The notes under the pieces were generated by a model. That model saw only the letters and a list, made by a program, of their open reading frames with translations, ran no database searches and was not told the DNA's origin. The position numbers and the translations under genes were made by a program. From Dehalococcoidia bacterium (GTDB taxonomy: Bacteria > Chloroflexota > Dehalococcoidia > UBA2979), in the NCBI GenBank assembly GCA_050486345.1, contig JBJHDC010000003.1:371-55362 (forward strand): 54,992 nucleotides of DNA, written 5' to 3'. Positions 19,528 to 29,117 of the stretch are shown here, piece by piece; position 1 is the stretch's first letter, and the number at the start of each line of letters is the position of its first letter.

Positions 19528-20499
19528 ATGCCACCAGTACCGACTGCCGTTGTCGCCCTCGGAGGCAATGCGCTCCTCCGCCGTGGAGAACCGCTTGAGG
19601 CCGCCACGCAGGGACGGGCGGCGCGCGAGGCAGCGCAGGTGCTTGCACAAGCATCGATGCACCACCGGCTCATCGTTACCCACGGGAACGGGCCCCAGGT
19701 GGGGCTCCTCGCGCTGATGAACGATGCCTACACCGAGACCGAGCCCTACCCGCTCGACGTGCTCGGTTCCGAAACCGTGGGACAGATCGGCTATGTCCTG
19801 GAGATGCAGCTCGACAACTTCATTGACCACCAGGACACCGTGGCCGTGATCACGCGAGTGGTTGTCGATGACCGTGACCCCGCTTTCAAGGCACCGACCA
19901 AGTTCATCGGCCCCGTCTACACCGAAGCCGCAGCGCACGCACTCGCGGAACAGCGTGGATGGACCGTGCGGCAGGACGGGGAGCACTGGCGCCGCGTCGT
20001 CCCTTCGCCGGAGCCGCAGCGCATCGTGCAACTCGGCGCGATCCGCTCGCTCGTGGACGCGGGATTCCTCGTGGTCTGCGCCGGCGGTGGCGGCGTCCCC
20101 GTCATCGAGGATGCCGATGGCCACCGGGGCGTCGAGGCCGTGATCGACAAGGACTACACCGCGGCGCTACTCGCCGCTGAGTTGGACGTCGATGTGCTGG
20201 TGCTCGCGACCGACGTTGACGCCGTGTACGCGGACTTCGGGACGCCCCGGCAGCGCGCCATTGTGCGCGCGACGCCGGCAGGGCTGCGTTCTGGCGAGTA
20301 TCCGCCCGGATCGATGGGACCCAAGGTCGAGGCCGTCTGCCGCTTCGTGGCACGAACCGGCGGACGGGCAGCAATCGGAAGCCTCGAGCAACTCTCGGGC
20401 TTGTTGGATGGAACCTCCGGCACACAGGTGCTGGCGGATGGTGAACCAGTCGTGTACGGAGCCCCTGGGGGCTCCGAGAATGTGGAGACTGATCGATGA
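19528..20499 (+). CDS. arcC: carbamate kinase
   Basis: N-terminus VVALGGNALLRRGE and the segments THGNGPQVG and CAGGGGVPV are present. GAAGAGG lies upstream of ATG 19528. There is an ATGA overlap with the next gene. Confidence 0.9.
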   Translation: MPPVPTAVVALGGNALLRRGEPLEAATQGRAAREAAQVLAQASMHHRLIVTHGNGPQVGLLALMNDAYTETEPYPLDVLGSETVGQIGYVLEMQLDNFIDHQDTVAVITRVVVDDRDPAFKAPTKFIGPVYTEAAAHALAEQRGWTVRQDGEHWRRVVPSPEPQRIVQLGAIRSLVDAGFLVVCAGGGGVPVIEDADGHRGVEAVIDKDYTAALLAAELDVDVLVLATDVDAVYADFGTPRQRAIVRATPAGLRSGEYPPGSMGPKVEAVCRFVARTGGRAAIGSLEQLSGLLDGTSGTQVLADGEPVVYGAPGGSENVETDR

Positions 20500-22070
20500 C
20501 CACCCCACCAGACACACCACCGGACGAAGCCCCGACCATTCAGAATCCCACCCCTAGGCAGGTATGGTTCCCGACCGCCTTCACTGTGCTGGCCGTGATC
20601 CTGGTCGTCGTTTGGGTCGCCTCATTCTTCATCCCGTCCGGGGTATACGAGATCGACCCCGAGACCGGTGGCCCGATTCCCGGGAGCTACCAGGAACTGC
20701 CCTCATGCGACAACGCAGCCGATGGCGAGAGCTGTGTCGACAAGTCATTCATGGCGCAGTTCTCCCGGCTCTGGAACGCACCGCCGCTCGGGCTCTACGG
20801 CGTTGAGGGCGCGGACGGCCAGGTGGGCCAGTGGGAGGAGGGGTTCCTCTACGGCGCTGCGCAGATCTTCCTCTTCGTCCTCGCGGTCGGCGCGTTCATC
20901 ACCGTCGCGATGAGGTCAGGGGCAATTCAGACCGGTATCGGCCGGCTGTCGATGCGTTTCAGCGGCAGCGGTCCGTTGATGATCATCGTGCTCATGCTCA
21001 TCTTCGCGCTCGGTGGCACCACCTACGGGATGTGGGAGGAGACGCTGGGCTTCTTCCCGCTATTGGTGCCGCTGGCGTTGGCGCTCGGCTATGACCGCAT
21101 CGTTGCGGTCGGGGTCATCTTCTTCGGGGCGGGCACCGGTGTCCTCGCCTCCACCGTGAACCCCTTCGCCACCGGCGTCGCATCTGATGCCGCCGGGATC
21201 GGCGTGGGTGATGGGATCGTGCTGCGTGTCCTGCTCTGGATCGTGCTCGTGGCCGTCGCGATCGGCTACGTGCTCTGGTACGCCCGACGCGTGAAGGCGG
21301 ACCCATCGAAGTCCATTGTCGGCATCTCGGCGGAGGACGCACGGGAAGCGCGTGGACTCGTTACGGACGTGCCAGCCCTCACTGGTCGGCACAAGGCGAT
21401 CCTCGCGATCTTCTTCATGGCGTTTGCGGTGATGATCTACGGCTTCATCCCCTGGGATGACGTGATGCTGAACGTCTTTGACGGATCCTGGCCGTTCTGG
21501 ACGTTTGCAGACTTCTACTTCACCGAGGCGTCGATGCTCTTCATCGTCGCAGCGGTCGCCATCGGCATCATCGCGGGCCTCGGGGAGGCGGGCACGGTCG
21601 ACACCATCGTCCGGGGTGCTGGTGAGTTCATCGGCGCGGCACTCATCATCGTCTTTGCGCGCGGGATCACCGTGATCATGAAGAACACTGGCATCACCGA
21701 CACCATCCTCAACTGGGGGGAAGACGCGGTGTCGGGAACCTCAGCGGGAACATTCGGCGTACTGGCACTCCTCGTAAACCTACCCCTCGCGTTCCTGGTG
21801 CCATCCTCCTCCGGGCATGCCGCCCTGGTGATGCCGATCCTGGCGCCACTAGCCGACTTCGCATCAGTCGATCGCTCGATTGCGGTGACGGCGTTCCAAT
21901 CCGCGTCTGGCCTGATCAACTACATCACCCCCACTGCGGCCGTCGTGATGGGTGGCCTGGTGCTGGCGAAGGTCCGCTACGACCACTACCTCCGCTTCGC
22001 ACTGCCGTTCGTCGCCATCGTGCTGGTGATCACCGCCGTGTTCATCGCCATCGGCAGTGCGGCTGCTTAG
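20496..22070 (+). CDS. YfcC/DcuC-superfamily membrane carrier (putative arginine/ornithine or basic amino acid antiporter)
   Basis: 524-aa polytopic membrane ORF with a YfcC-like N-terminus ([28 protein letters not shown]). It is embedded between arcC and arcA. Confidence 0.8.
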   Translation: MTTPPDTPPDEAPTIQNPTPRQVWFPTAFTVLAVILVVVWVASFFIPSGVYEIDPETGGPIPGSYQELPSCDNAADGESCVDKSFMAQFSRLWNAPPLGLYGVEGADGQVGQWEEGFLYGAAQIFLFVLAVGAFITVAMRSGAIQTGIGRLSMRFSGSGPLMIIVLMLIFALGGTTYGMWEETLGFFPLLVPLALALGYDRIVAVGVIFFGAGTGVLASTVNPFATGVASDAAGIGVGDGIVLRVLLWIVLVAVAIGYVLWYARRVKADPSKSIVGISAEDAREARGLVTDVPALTGRHKAILAIFFMAFAVMIYGFIPWDDVMLNVFDGSWPFWTFADFYFTEASMLFIVAAVAIGIIAGLGEAGTVDTIVRGAGEFIGAALIIVFARGITVIMKNTGITDTILNWGEDAVSGTSAGTFGVLALLVNLPLAFLVPSSSGHAALVMPILAPLADFASVDRSIAVTAFQSASGLINYITPTAAVVMGGLVLAKVRYDHYLRFALPFVAIVLVITAVFIAIGSAAA

Positions 22071-22089
22071 GGCTCCCTGGAGGAACCAC

Positions 22090-23313
22090 ATGCCATTCCA
22101 CGTCGATTCCGAGGTCGGAACACTCCGGAAGGTGATCGTGCACCGCCCGGGGCTGGAGCACCTCCGCCTCACACCGTCGAACGCCGAGGAGCTGCTGTTC
22201 GACGATGTCATCTGGGTCAAGCGCGCGAAGGAGGAACACGATGCCTTCTGCGAGGTCATGCGGGACCGCGGCGTCGAGGTGTTCTACGCGGAGGAACTGC
22301 TGACGGACGTCCTGGGTATTCCCGAGGCTCGAGACTGGGTCCTCGACCGGGTGCTGGACGAGCGCGATGTCGGCATCTACCTGGCGCGGTCGGCGGGCGA
22401 GTGGGGGCGCTCCGTATCCCCGGTCGAGGTCGCCGACTTCCTGATCGGCGGGATCATCAAGTCCGACATCCCGGATGGTGAGGGGCTGCTCTACGAAGCG
22501 AGCGGCCCCACGGACATGCTGCTGCCGCCGCTGCCGAACTTCATCTTCCAGCGTGATCCCAGTTGCTGGATCTACGACGGCGTCACCCTCAATCCCATGA
22601 CCAAGCGGGCCCGTCGCCCGGAGACGATCTTCATGCAGGCCATCTATCGATGGCACCCCATGTTCGTGGAGGAAGGGGGCGTGCGGGTCTGGCTGGGCGA
22701 CGTGGAACAGGACTGGAGCCGAACCACCATCGAAGGCGGCGACGTGATGCCCATCGGCAACGGGGCAGTCATGGTCGGCATGGGTGAGCGAACCTCGCCC
22801 CAGGCCGTGACCCAGCTGGCGCGCGCACTCTTCCAGGCCGGCTCCGCGCGCCTCGTGCTCGCGGTGCTTCTCCCGCGGATCCGCTCGTACATGCACCTCG
22901 ATACCGTGATGACCATGGTCGACCGCGACGCCGTCACCGTATTCCCGGAGGTGGTGGACGGCGCGCGCGTCTGGGCGGTGCGACCCGGCGATGACCCCGA
23001 GTTGCCGGTCGTCGAGCGGTTCCAGGGCGGGGTCATCGATGCTCTCAAGCACGCGCTCGATCTGCCCGAGGTCCGCGTCATCTCCACGGGAACCGATCCG
23101 TTTAGCAGTGAGCGCGAACAGTGGGATGACGGCAACAACGTGGTCTGCCTGGAGCCCGGGGTCGTTGTCGCGTACGACCGCAACGTCGACACGAACACGC
23201 GCCTGCGCAAAGCAGGCATCGAGGTCATCACGATCTCCGGCTCCGAACTCGGACGCGGGCGTGGAGGCTCTCACTGCCTCACCTGTCCCATCGAGCGCGA
23301 CGCCGCCTACTGA
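22090..23313 (+). CDS. arcA: arginine deiminase
   Basis: N-terminus [21 protein letters not shown]. The C-terminal catalytic motif is [21 protein letters not shown] lies upstream of ATG 22090. Confidence 0.95.
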   Translation: MPFHVDSEVGTLRKVIVHRPGLEHLRLTPSNAEELLFDDVIWVKRAKEEHDAFCEVMRDRGVEVFYAEELLTDVLGIPEARDWVLDRVLDERDVGIYLARSAGEWGRSVSPVEVADFLIGGIIKSDIPDGEGLLYEASGPTDMLLPPLPNFIFQRDPSCWIYDGVTLNPMTKRARRPETIFMQAIYRWHPMFVEEGGVRVWLGDVEQDWSRTTIEGGDVMPIGNGAVMVGMGERTSPQAVTQLARALFQAGSARLVLAVLLPRIRSYMHLDTVMTMVDRDAVTVFPEVVDGARVWAVRPGDDPELPVVERFQGGVIDALKHALDLPEVRVISTGTDPFSSEREQWDDGNNVVCLEPGVVVAYDRNVDTNTRLRKAGIEVITISGSELGRGRGGSHCLTCPIERDAAY

Positions 23314-23364
23314 CACTCGCCCGACCAGCACCCGCCCGACCACCACCCGCCCGAAAGGACCCCC

Positions 23365-24369
23365 ATGTTCAATCTGCGCAACCGCCACTTCCTCAAGGAG
23401 ATCGACTTCACGAAGCGTGAGCTCGAGTACCTGCTCACGCTCTCCGAGGCGCTCAAGATCGCGAAGCTCGCCGGCACCGAGGTGCCCCGCCTCCAACGCC
23501 GGGAGATCGCGCTGATCTTCGAGAAGACCTCCACCCGCACACGCTCAGCGTTCGAGGTCGCGGCGTATGACATGGGCGCGCACGTCACGTACATGGACCC
23601 CTCCGGCTCCCAGATGGGGCACAAGGAGTCGATCGCGGACACCGCGCGTGTCCTCGGTCGCATGTACGACGCCATCGAGTATCGCGGCGCGGCCCACGCG
23701 TCCGTCGAGGAGCTCGCGCACTACGCGGGCGTCCCCGTCTACAACGGGCTCACCGACGACTGGCATCCCACCCAGATGCTGGCCGACTTCCTCACGATGT
23801 ACGAGGCCAGCCGCAAGCCGTACGACGACATCGCCTACTGCTACATGGGCGACGCCCGCAGCAACATGGGCCGGTCGCTCCTGGTGATGGGCGCGATCAT
23901 GGGCTCGGACGTGCGTATCTGCGCGCCGCGCGACCTCTGGCCCCCCGAGGATGTGCAGCAGATTGCCCGGGACCGAGCCGCGGAGAGCGGCGCGCGCATC
24001 ATGTTGACCGAAGACCTCGAAGAGGCACTTCCCGGCGTGGACTTCGTGCACACGGATGTCTGGGTCTCGATGGGCGAATCGAAGGAGGTGTGGGATGAGC
24101 GCGTCCGCCTGCTGACGCCCTACCAGGTCAATGCCTCCGTCATGGAGCGGACCGGGAACCCGCGCGTGAAGTTCATGCACCCGCTGCCTGCATTCCACGA
24201 TAAGAACACCGTCCTCGGGCGCGAGATCATCGAACACACGGGCCTCGAATCAGGCCTCGAGGTGACCGACGAGGTCTTCGAGTCCGCACGCAGCATCGTC
24301 TTTGATCAGGCAGAGAACCGCCTGCACACGATCAAGGCTGTACTCGTCGCGACCCTCGGCGGGGTGTGA
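23365..24369 (+). CDS. arcB: catabolic-type ornithine carbamoyltransferase (HPLP variant of the HCLP motif)
   Basis: Motifs [13 protein letters not shown] and DVWVSMGE are present. From memory it resembles Pseudomonas ArcB along its whole length (...[11 protein letters not shown]..., ...[16 protein letters not shown]). Confidence 0.9.
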   Translation: MFNLRNRHFLKEIDFTKRELEYLLTLSEALKIAKLAGTEVPRLQRREIALIFEKTSTRTRSAFEVAAYDMGAHVTYMDPSGSQMGHKESIADTARVLGRMYDAIEYRGAAHASVEELAHYAGVPVYNGLTDDWHPTQMLADFLTMYEASRKPYDDIAYCYMGDARSNMGRSLLVMGAIMGSDVRICAPRDLWPPEDVQQIARDRAAESGARIMLTEDLEEALPGVDFVHTDVWVSMGESKEVWDERVRLLTPYQVNASVMERTGNPRVKFMHPLPAFHDKNTVLGREIIEHTGLESGLEVTDEVFESARSIVFDQAENRLHTIKAVLVATLGGV

Positions 24370-24533
24370 TGTGCGGTCGCGTCACCGCCGCGTTACCACC
24401 AGCACGCATCGGCACCGCTCCGTTTCGCGACTGGTGCACGGCAGAGCGGGCGGCAGCCGCGAGCGACCCACACGGACCGAATCCGTGTGTCCGGCCTACC
24501 TCTGCCGCTGTTGTGGGACGCGGAGATGGTGCC

Positions 24534-24932
24534 ATGAATGTGCCTCTGCCATGTCCCCGCGCGTTGCGCGGGGTGCTAGTGGCGGCGATGACCATCGTTG
24601 TCATGCTCGCGCTCGCCGGATGCACACAGAGCCAGACCCAGGTCCGCTCCACCGGCAATGCTGTTGGAAGCTCAGAGACCTACGAACACTCCCTCCCGGT
24701 ACCCGAACAAGCAGATCGCGTCGAGCTGCTCGTCGAACTGGAGGCGGCCAGCGGATCCGTGACGTGGACGCTCGTGGATCCTTTCGGCGAGGTGCGAGCG
24801 GAGCAATCCGAGGTCGAGGGGGAGTACGAGGGACACGAGACCTTTGAGTCGATCCCCGGTGATTGGCGGTTGGCGGTCACCTTCGAGGATCTCAGTGGTT
24901 CCTACGATTTCCGCCTCCGCGCCCGCTGGTAG
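24534..24932 (+). CDS. small lipoprotein, function unknown
   Basis: Lipobox LALAGC follows a hydrophobic signal (RGVLVAAMTIVVMLALAGC). GGAGA lies upstream of ATG 24534. Confidence 0.6.
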   Translation: MNVPLPCPRALRGVLVAAMTIVVMLALAGCTQSQTQVRSTGNAVGSSETYEHSLPVPEQADRVELLVELEAASGSVTWTLVDPFGEVRAEQSEVEGEYEGHETFESIPGDWRLAVTFEDLSGSYDFRLRARW

Positions 24933-25079
24933 CAGGACCATAGGTCCTCTCCCGCTCACACCCCCGAGCGCGCCGCGTGCTGACACGCCTACGGGACGGT
25001 CAGGAGAAACGGGGATGGCGAAGAGGGGAACGCCCAGCGCCTAACAGACTGGACGAACTGCGCAAGGGAGCAATGACCT

Positions 25080-25430
25080 ATGGCTGTAATCTCCATTTCC
25101 GGGCTCGCGAAGGAATTCGGATCCACCCGTGCGCTGGACGGCTTCGACCTCAACGTGGAGTCCGGCGAGGTACACGGTTTCCTCGGACCGAATGGCGCCG
25201 GTAAGTCCACTACCATCCGCATCCTCCTCGGCCTGTTGCGCCGCGATGCGGGTGAGGTGAGCCTGCTCGATGGGGACCCCTGGGACGATGCCGTTCAGTT
25301 ACACCGCCGGCTCGCGTACGTGCCGGACGATGTGCGGCTGTGGCCGAACCTCACTGGTGGTGAGGTGATCGACCTCTTCGGCATGTTGCGAGGTGACATG
25401 GACCTCGATCGGCGCGCGGAGATGATCGAG
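25080..25430 (+). pseudogene. ABC transporter ATP-binding protein (ABC-2/DrrA-like), 5' fragment truncated by an IS remnant
   Basis: Walker [10 protein letters not shown] and the typical N-terminus [31 protein letters not shown] are present. Homology stops at about ...[10 protein letters not shown]. The signature motif, Walker B and downstream regions are absent. Confidence 0.8.
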
Positions 25431-25450
25431 AGCACCAGGTCGGCCTGGGC

Positions 25451-25973
25451 CACGTCGACATCAAGAAGCTGTGGCGCATCCCTGAGGGCGGCGGCTGGCG
25501 TCTGCACGGGCGTGAGCAGGCCCGGACGCAGGCAGCGGGTCGGGAACGCCTACATCCACTCCGCGGTGGATAATCACTCCCGCCTCGCCCACAGCGAGGT
25601 GCTCGGGGACGAGCGACCCGAGACCGCCCTTGCCTTCTGGCCCCGTGCGCTGGACTGGTTCGCCCAGCGCGGCGCACCGGTGCAGCGGGCGCTCACCGAC
25701 AACGGGTCCGCGTACCGCAGCCACCTCTTCAACCAGCTCTGCGTGGCGCGGGACGTGAAGCGCCGCTTCGCCTGCCCCTACCGCCCGCAGACCAGCGCCA
25801 AGGTCGAACGCGTCAACCGCACGCTGCTCGAGGAGTGGGCCAGGCGTGCATCCACCACTTGAACGGGCAAGCACGTCCTGTTCCACGAGTGCAATCATCG
25901 CCGCGGCCACGCCGCACTCGGTGGATTGCCCTCGGTAGGCCGAGTTACCAATGTGCCACCTCAGTACAGCTAG
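25451..25973 (+). mobile_element. degraded IS481-family transposase fragment (DDE/integrase core, N-terminally truncated, one frameshift and one in-frame TGA)
   Basis: Frame 2 reads [21 protein letters not shown]. It shifts near 25530 to [22 protein letters not shown]...[10 protein letters not shown]...[26 protein letters not shown] at 25860-25862 is then followed in the same frame by [35 protein letters not shown]. Confidence 0.8.
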
Positions 25974-26109
25974 GCCGCCATATACCCGGCATATCTATCG
26001 ATGCGGATCTGTTAGGGCTACTGCCGCTGACGTTGCTCGGCCGATACCGGAATCTGACTACTGTTGTTCCTGCGGTGCCCCAGGCGGCACCCATCGAAGG
26101 GAGCACATC

Positions 26110-26283
26110 ATGCTCAGTTGGATTCTGCTCTTCCTGGTTCTTGCACTGGTCGCGGCAGCGCTCGGTTTCACCAGCATTGCCGGAGCTGCGATGGGGATCG
26201 CTCAGATTCTCTTCTTCGTCTTCCTGGTGCTGCTCGTCGTCTCGATCATCATGCACCTGGTTACCGGACGTAGAGTTATGTAG
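26110..26283 (+). CDS. UPF0391/DUF1328 small membrane protein
   Basis: 57-aa protein [56 protein letters not shown] matches the family pattern. GGGAG lies upstream. Confidence 0.8.
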   Translation: MLSWILLFLVLALVAAALGFTSIAGAAMGIAQILFFVFLVLLVVSIIMHLVTGRRVM

Positions 26284-26306
26284 CTTAACTTGGGATCGTT
26301 CGACCG

Positions 26307-26342
26307 ACAGCCACCCCCACGATCACTCGGGGCGGTGGCTGT
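26307..26342. terminator. hairpin between convergent genes (UPF0391 on + and RidA on -)
   Basis: ACAGCCACCCCC...GGGGCGGTGGCTGT: a 7-bp perfect stem plus a GC extension with a bulge. It sits between two stop codons. Confidence 0.5.
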
Positions 26343-26409
26343 TCCGATCTCAGCACCGCATGCCCCGCGCGCTCATATCGATCCCCCGCCACACGGCAGC
26401 GATGGCGTA

Positions 26410-26802
26410 TTAGACGACGGCAACCACTTCGATCTCGATGAGGTATTCGGGAACGGCGAGCGCCTGGACGCCGATTAGCGTGCTGGCGGGGAGAGCATCA
26501 GCCATGGCCTCGGTGCGTGCCTCACCCAGCGTGTCGCGGAGCGCCACATCGTAATTCACGATGTACGTCGTCATCTTGACGACATTCGTGAAGTCGGCAC
26601 CAACGGCCGCCAGTGCCACGCGGAGGTTCGCGAAAACCTGCCGCGCCTGAGCGGCAAAGTCACCCTCGCCAACGATGTTCCCATCCACGTCGACCGAGAC
26701 CTGGCCTGAGACATACACGGTCGTGCCGCCAGTCGCTCGAACGACGGGCGTGTAGGTCGGCGGTCGACGCAAGCCATCCGGGTAGATTCGCTCGAGTGTC
26801 AT
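26410..26802 (-). CDS. RidA/YjgF/L-PSP family enamine-imine deaminase
   Basis: VYVSGQVSVDVDGNIVGEGDFAAQARQVFANLRVALAAVGADFTNVVKMTTYI...IEIEVVA is typical of the family. The start is taken at ATG 26802, with GAGG upstream. The ORF track extends to 26814. Confidence 0.85.
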   Translation of the reverse strand: MTLERIYPDGLRRPPTYTPVVRATGGTTVYVSGQVSVDVDGNIVGEGDFAAQARQVFANLRVALAAVGADFTNVVKMTTYIVNYDVALRDTLGEARTEAMADALPASTLIGVQALAVPEYLIEIEVVAVV

Positions 26803-26868
26803 ATGGAGCCTCATTCCGATTCGATAATGATTGGACGGCTGGGTTGCTGAAGCCGCATCAGCGTATCG

Positions 26869-27645
26869 CTACGTCGCTCGCGCAGCACGGACCTCGGAGA
26901 GGAATTGCTCGGCGCCGAGCCTGAGCAGCCCAAGCGCTGAGATCGTGATGAAGTTCGCGCCGGCATCGATCAACTCGGCAACAGCACGAGGATCGCTCGG
27001 GGAGCTGCCGCCCGCACCAGCGTGTTTACCCGCCGCACGTACGCGTCCGATGACCTCGCGCATGACGCTGCGCACCTCCGCAATGGGCGCGTCCCCCATG
27101 CTCTGGCCCAGGTCGCTCGCGGCGCAGTGAATCGCGTCTACACCGGGCACCGCGAGCAGGTCATCGAGGTTAGCCACGGCCTCGAGCTCCTCGCACATGG
27201 GGATGACCAGCAGATGTTCATTGAGCCAGCGGCGTGTCTCGACGGCGGGCGCGTGTACGTTGAAGTCGTGCGCACGACCGCCCGCTGCGCCTCGGTGCCC
27301 CTGTGGGAAGTAACGGGCTGCCTGTGTGATCCGCTCCGCCTCCGCCGCGGTATTGACGTGCGGGACGATGATTCCCTGCACACCACGATCGAGGTAGCGC
27401 AGGATCGTCGAATCCTGGTGATCCGGAATCCGTGCGAGCGGAGTGATACCTGCTGCCTCAGCGGCACGAACCATCTGCTCGACCTGGTCGTAACTCATCG
27501 GACCGTGTTCACAGTCGAGGAATACGAAGTCGAAGCCGATGTGTGCCAGCAGTTCCACGATCTCCGGCGCGAATCCAGAGATGATCCCGCCGAACACCAC
27601 CTCGCCCTGAGCGAGCTTCTCTTTCGTTGTGTTGACCCGCATCAT
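26869..27645 (-). CDS. HpcH/HpaI-family 2-keto-3-deoxy-acid aldolase
   Basis: The segments FDFVFLDCEHGP, LARIP and GIIVPHVNTAAEA are typical of HpcH/HpaI/YfaU aldolases. Confidence 0.85.
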   Translation of the reverse strand: MMRVNTTKEKLAQGEVVFGGIISGFAPEIVELLAHIGFDFVFLDCEHGPMSYDQVEQMVRAAEAAGITPLARIPDHQDSTILRYLDRGVQGIIVPHVNTAAEAERITQAARYFPQGHRGAAGGRAHDFNVHAPAVETRRWLNEHLLVIPMCEELEAVANLDDLLAVPGVDAIHCAASDLGQSMGDAPIAEVRSVMREVIGRVRAAGKHAGAGGSSPSDPRAVAELIDAGANFITISALGLLRLGAEQFLSEVRAARAT

Positions 27646-27710
27646 CTCGCTCCAGCAGTAGTGATGGTCTCAGGAGTCGGACGACTGTATCACCAGCAGT
27701 TGTTGCGCCC

Positions 27711-28814
27711 CTACACCGGCTCGCCTTGAGGTTCCTCGGGCGCGGGGCTCGGTGGATCGTCGAGCGGCAGCTCCATCTGTGCGGGGTGGAATTCACCCAG
27801 CTGCTGCTTGCGCCACGGCACCAGAAGGTCGGTCGCGACCGTATGCACGATCATCGCGATCGGCAGTGCGATCAGCGCGCCGAGGATGCCCATCAGCGGG
27901 TACGCCACCATGATTGCACTGATGATCATGAGACCGGGCAGCTTCGTGCCGCGGCCGTGGATCATCGGCACAAGCACGTAGCTCTCGATCTGCTGAATCA
28001 CGAGGTAGAGCACTGCCACCGCGATCGCCATGCCGATGCCCTGCGTCAGTGCGACCACGAAGGCGGGGGCGAAAGCGAGCCACGGTCCGACGATCGGTAG
28101 TAGTTCGAAGAGAAACGCCAGCACCGCGAGCAGTGGCGCCAGCGGCACACCGATAATCGTGAGCCCGACATAGGTCATGATGCCCACTGCGAACATCGTC
28201 ACGATGGTTCCCACCGTGAACCGGCGCATCTTGCTACCGACGCGGTCGAGGAACGCTGCGGCTCCATCGCGTTGGTGCGGGGCAAACAGCGAGATCACGA
28301 AGCGGTACGCGTCGTTCTTGGTAATCGTGAAGAAGAGCGCGACCACGAGGACGGCCAGCGTGTAGAACATCACGTTGGCAACAACCAGGGCCTGGGCCGC
28401 GAGGTTGTCGACGACGTCCTCGATCATCTCTTCGGCGCGCACGAGCAGATCGTCCGCCGGCGGTAGGAAGGTGTCGGCGGCAATCTCCTCGTACCAGGTG
28501 CGGATCTCGGCGAGTTCATCGAGCTCCGCCATGACCTCATTGGCTACCTGTGGGATTGCGTACCAGAAGAAGCCAAAGAGCACCGCTGCCACCGCCGCAT
28601 ACAGGAGGAGCACGGAGGCTACCTTCGGAATCCGGTAGCGTTCCCCGAACTCAGCCACTGGTGCGAGTGCGATCCCGATGATTACGCCCAGAAAGATGAT
28701 CGCGAGCTCTGTCGCCACCGCGAGGGCGAGGAAGAGTACGGCGACAGCCAGTACGACGGCGATCCCGCCCAGTGCGATGCCGCGCGCGTAGATTCCGGCC
28801 CGTTGATCCAACAT
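27711..28814 (-). CDS. AI-2E family transporter (PerM/UPF0118)
   Basis: Polytopic membrane ORF with a C-terminal consensus-like segment VPMIHGRGTKLPGLMIISAIMVAYPLMGILGALIALPIA. ATG 28814 has GGAG upstream. The ORF track extends to 28868. Confidence 0.8.
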   Translation of the reverse strand: MLDQRAGIYARGIALGGIAVVLAVAVLFLALAVATELAIIFLGVIIGIALAPVAEFGERYRIPKVASVLLLYAAVAAVLFGFFWYAIPQVANEVMAELDELAEIRTWYEEIAADTFLPPADDLLVRAEEMIEDVVDNLAAQALVVANVMFYTLAVLVVALFFTITKNDAYRFVISLFAPHQRDGAAAFLDRVGSKMRRFTVGTIVTMFAVGIMTYVGLTIIGVPLAPLLAVLAFLFELLPIVGPWLAFAPAFVVALTQGIGMAIAVAVLYLVIQQIESYVLVPMIHGRGTKLPGLMIISAIMVAYPLMGILGALIALPIAMIVHTVATDLLVPWRKQQLGEFHPAQMELPLDDPPSPAPEEPQGEPV

Positions 28815-29117
28815 GATCTCCTGTTCAGGAACCCCCACGCGTCGCCGAAAGATGACGCGAGATGTCACGCCGAGCCATTCGGTTTCGCGTGTCCTGAAAC
28901 CTAGTTCAGCACATCATGTCCAATATTATGGTGACAGCGCTGCCTTCCCCGGAACTCCAGCCATCGATTACGTTGCAATCGAATCGAGATCGGGGCTACG
29001 GCTGGTCGGGGACCATCGGGAGCTCAGATCGCTCGCACTCCAGGTAGCGAAGCGTGCGGGTTCCTGCCATGCTACGCCCGATCTCCACCCGAAGACCGGA
29101 CCATCGGGAATGCTGCC

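Noticed and set aside
25080-25862. The 260-aa ORF as a genuine ABC-ATPase/transposase fusion protein
   Set aside because: The ABC part lacks the signature and Walker B motifs. The transposase part lacks its N-terminus. Part of the transposase homology lies in a different frame (25451-25530) and more continues past the in-frame stop (25863-25973). It is a chimeric scar, not a functional fusion.
5677-25973. Genome-wide reassignment of TGA to a sense codon as the explanation for the in-frame TGAs
   Set aside because: Many well-supported genes here end at TGA with correctly spaced downstream RBSs and starts, or with ATGA/GTGA overlaps (for example 1931-1933, 5521-5523, 37593-37595 and 46382-46384). 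A TAG also interrupts the FtsX gene.
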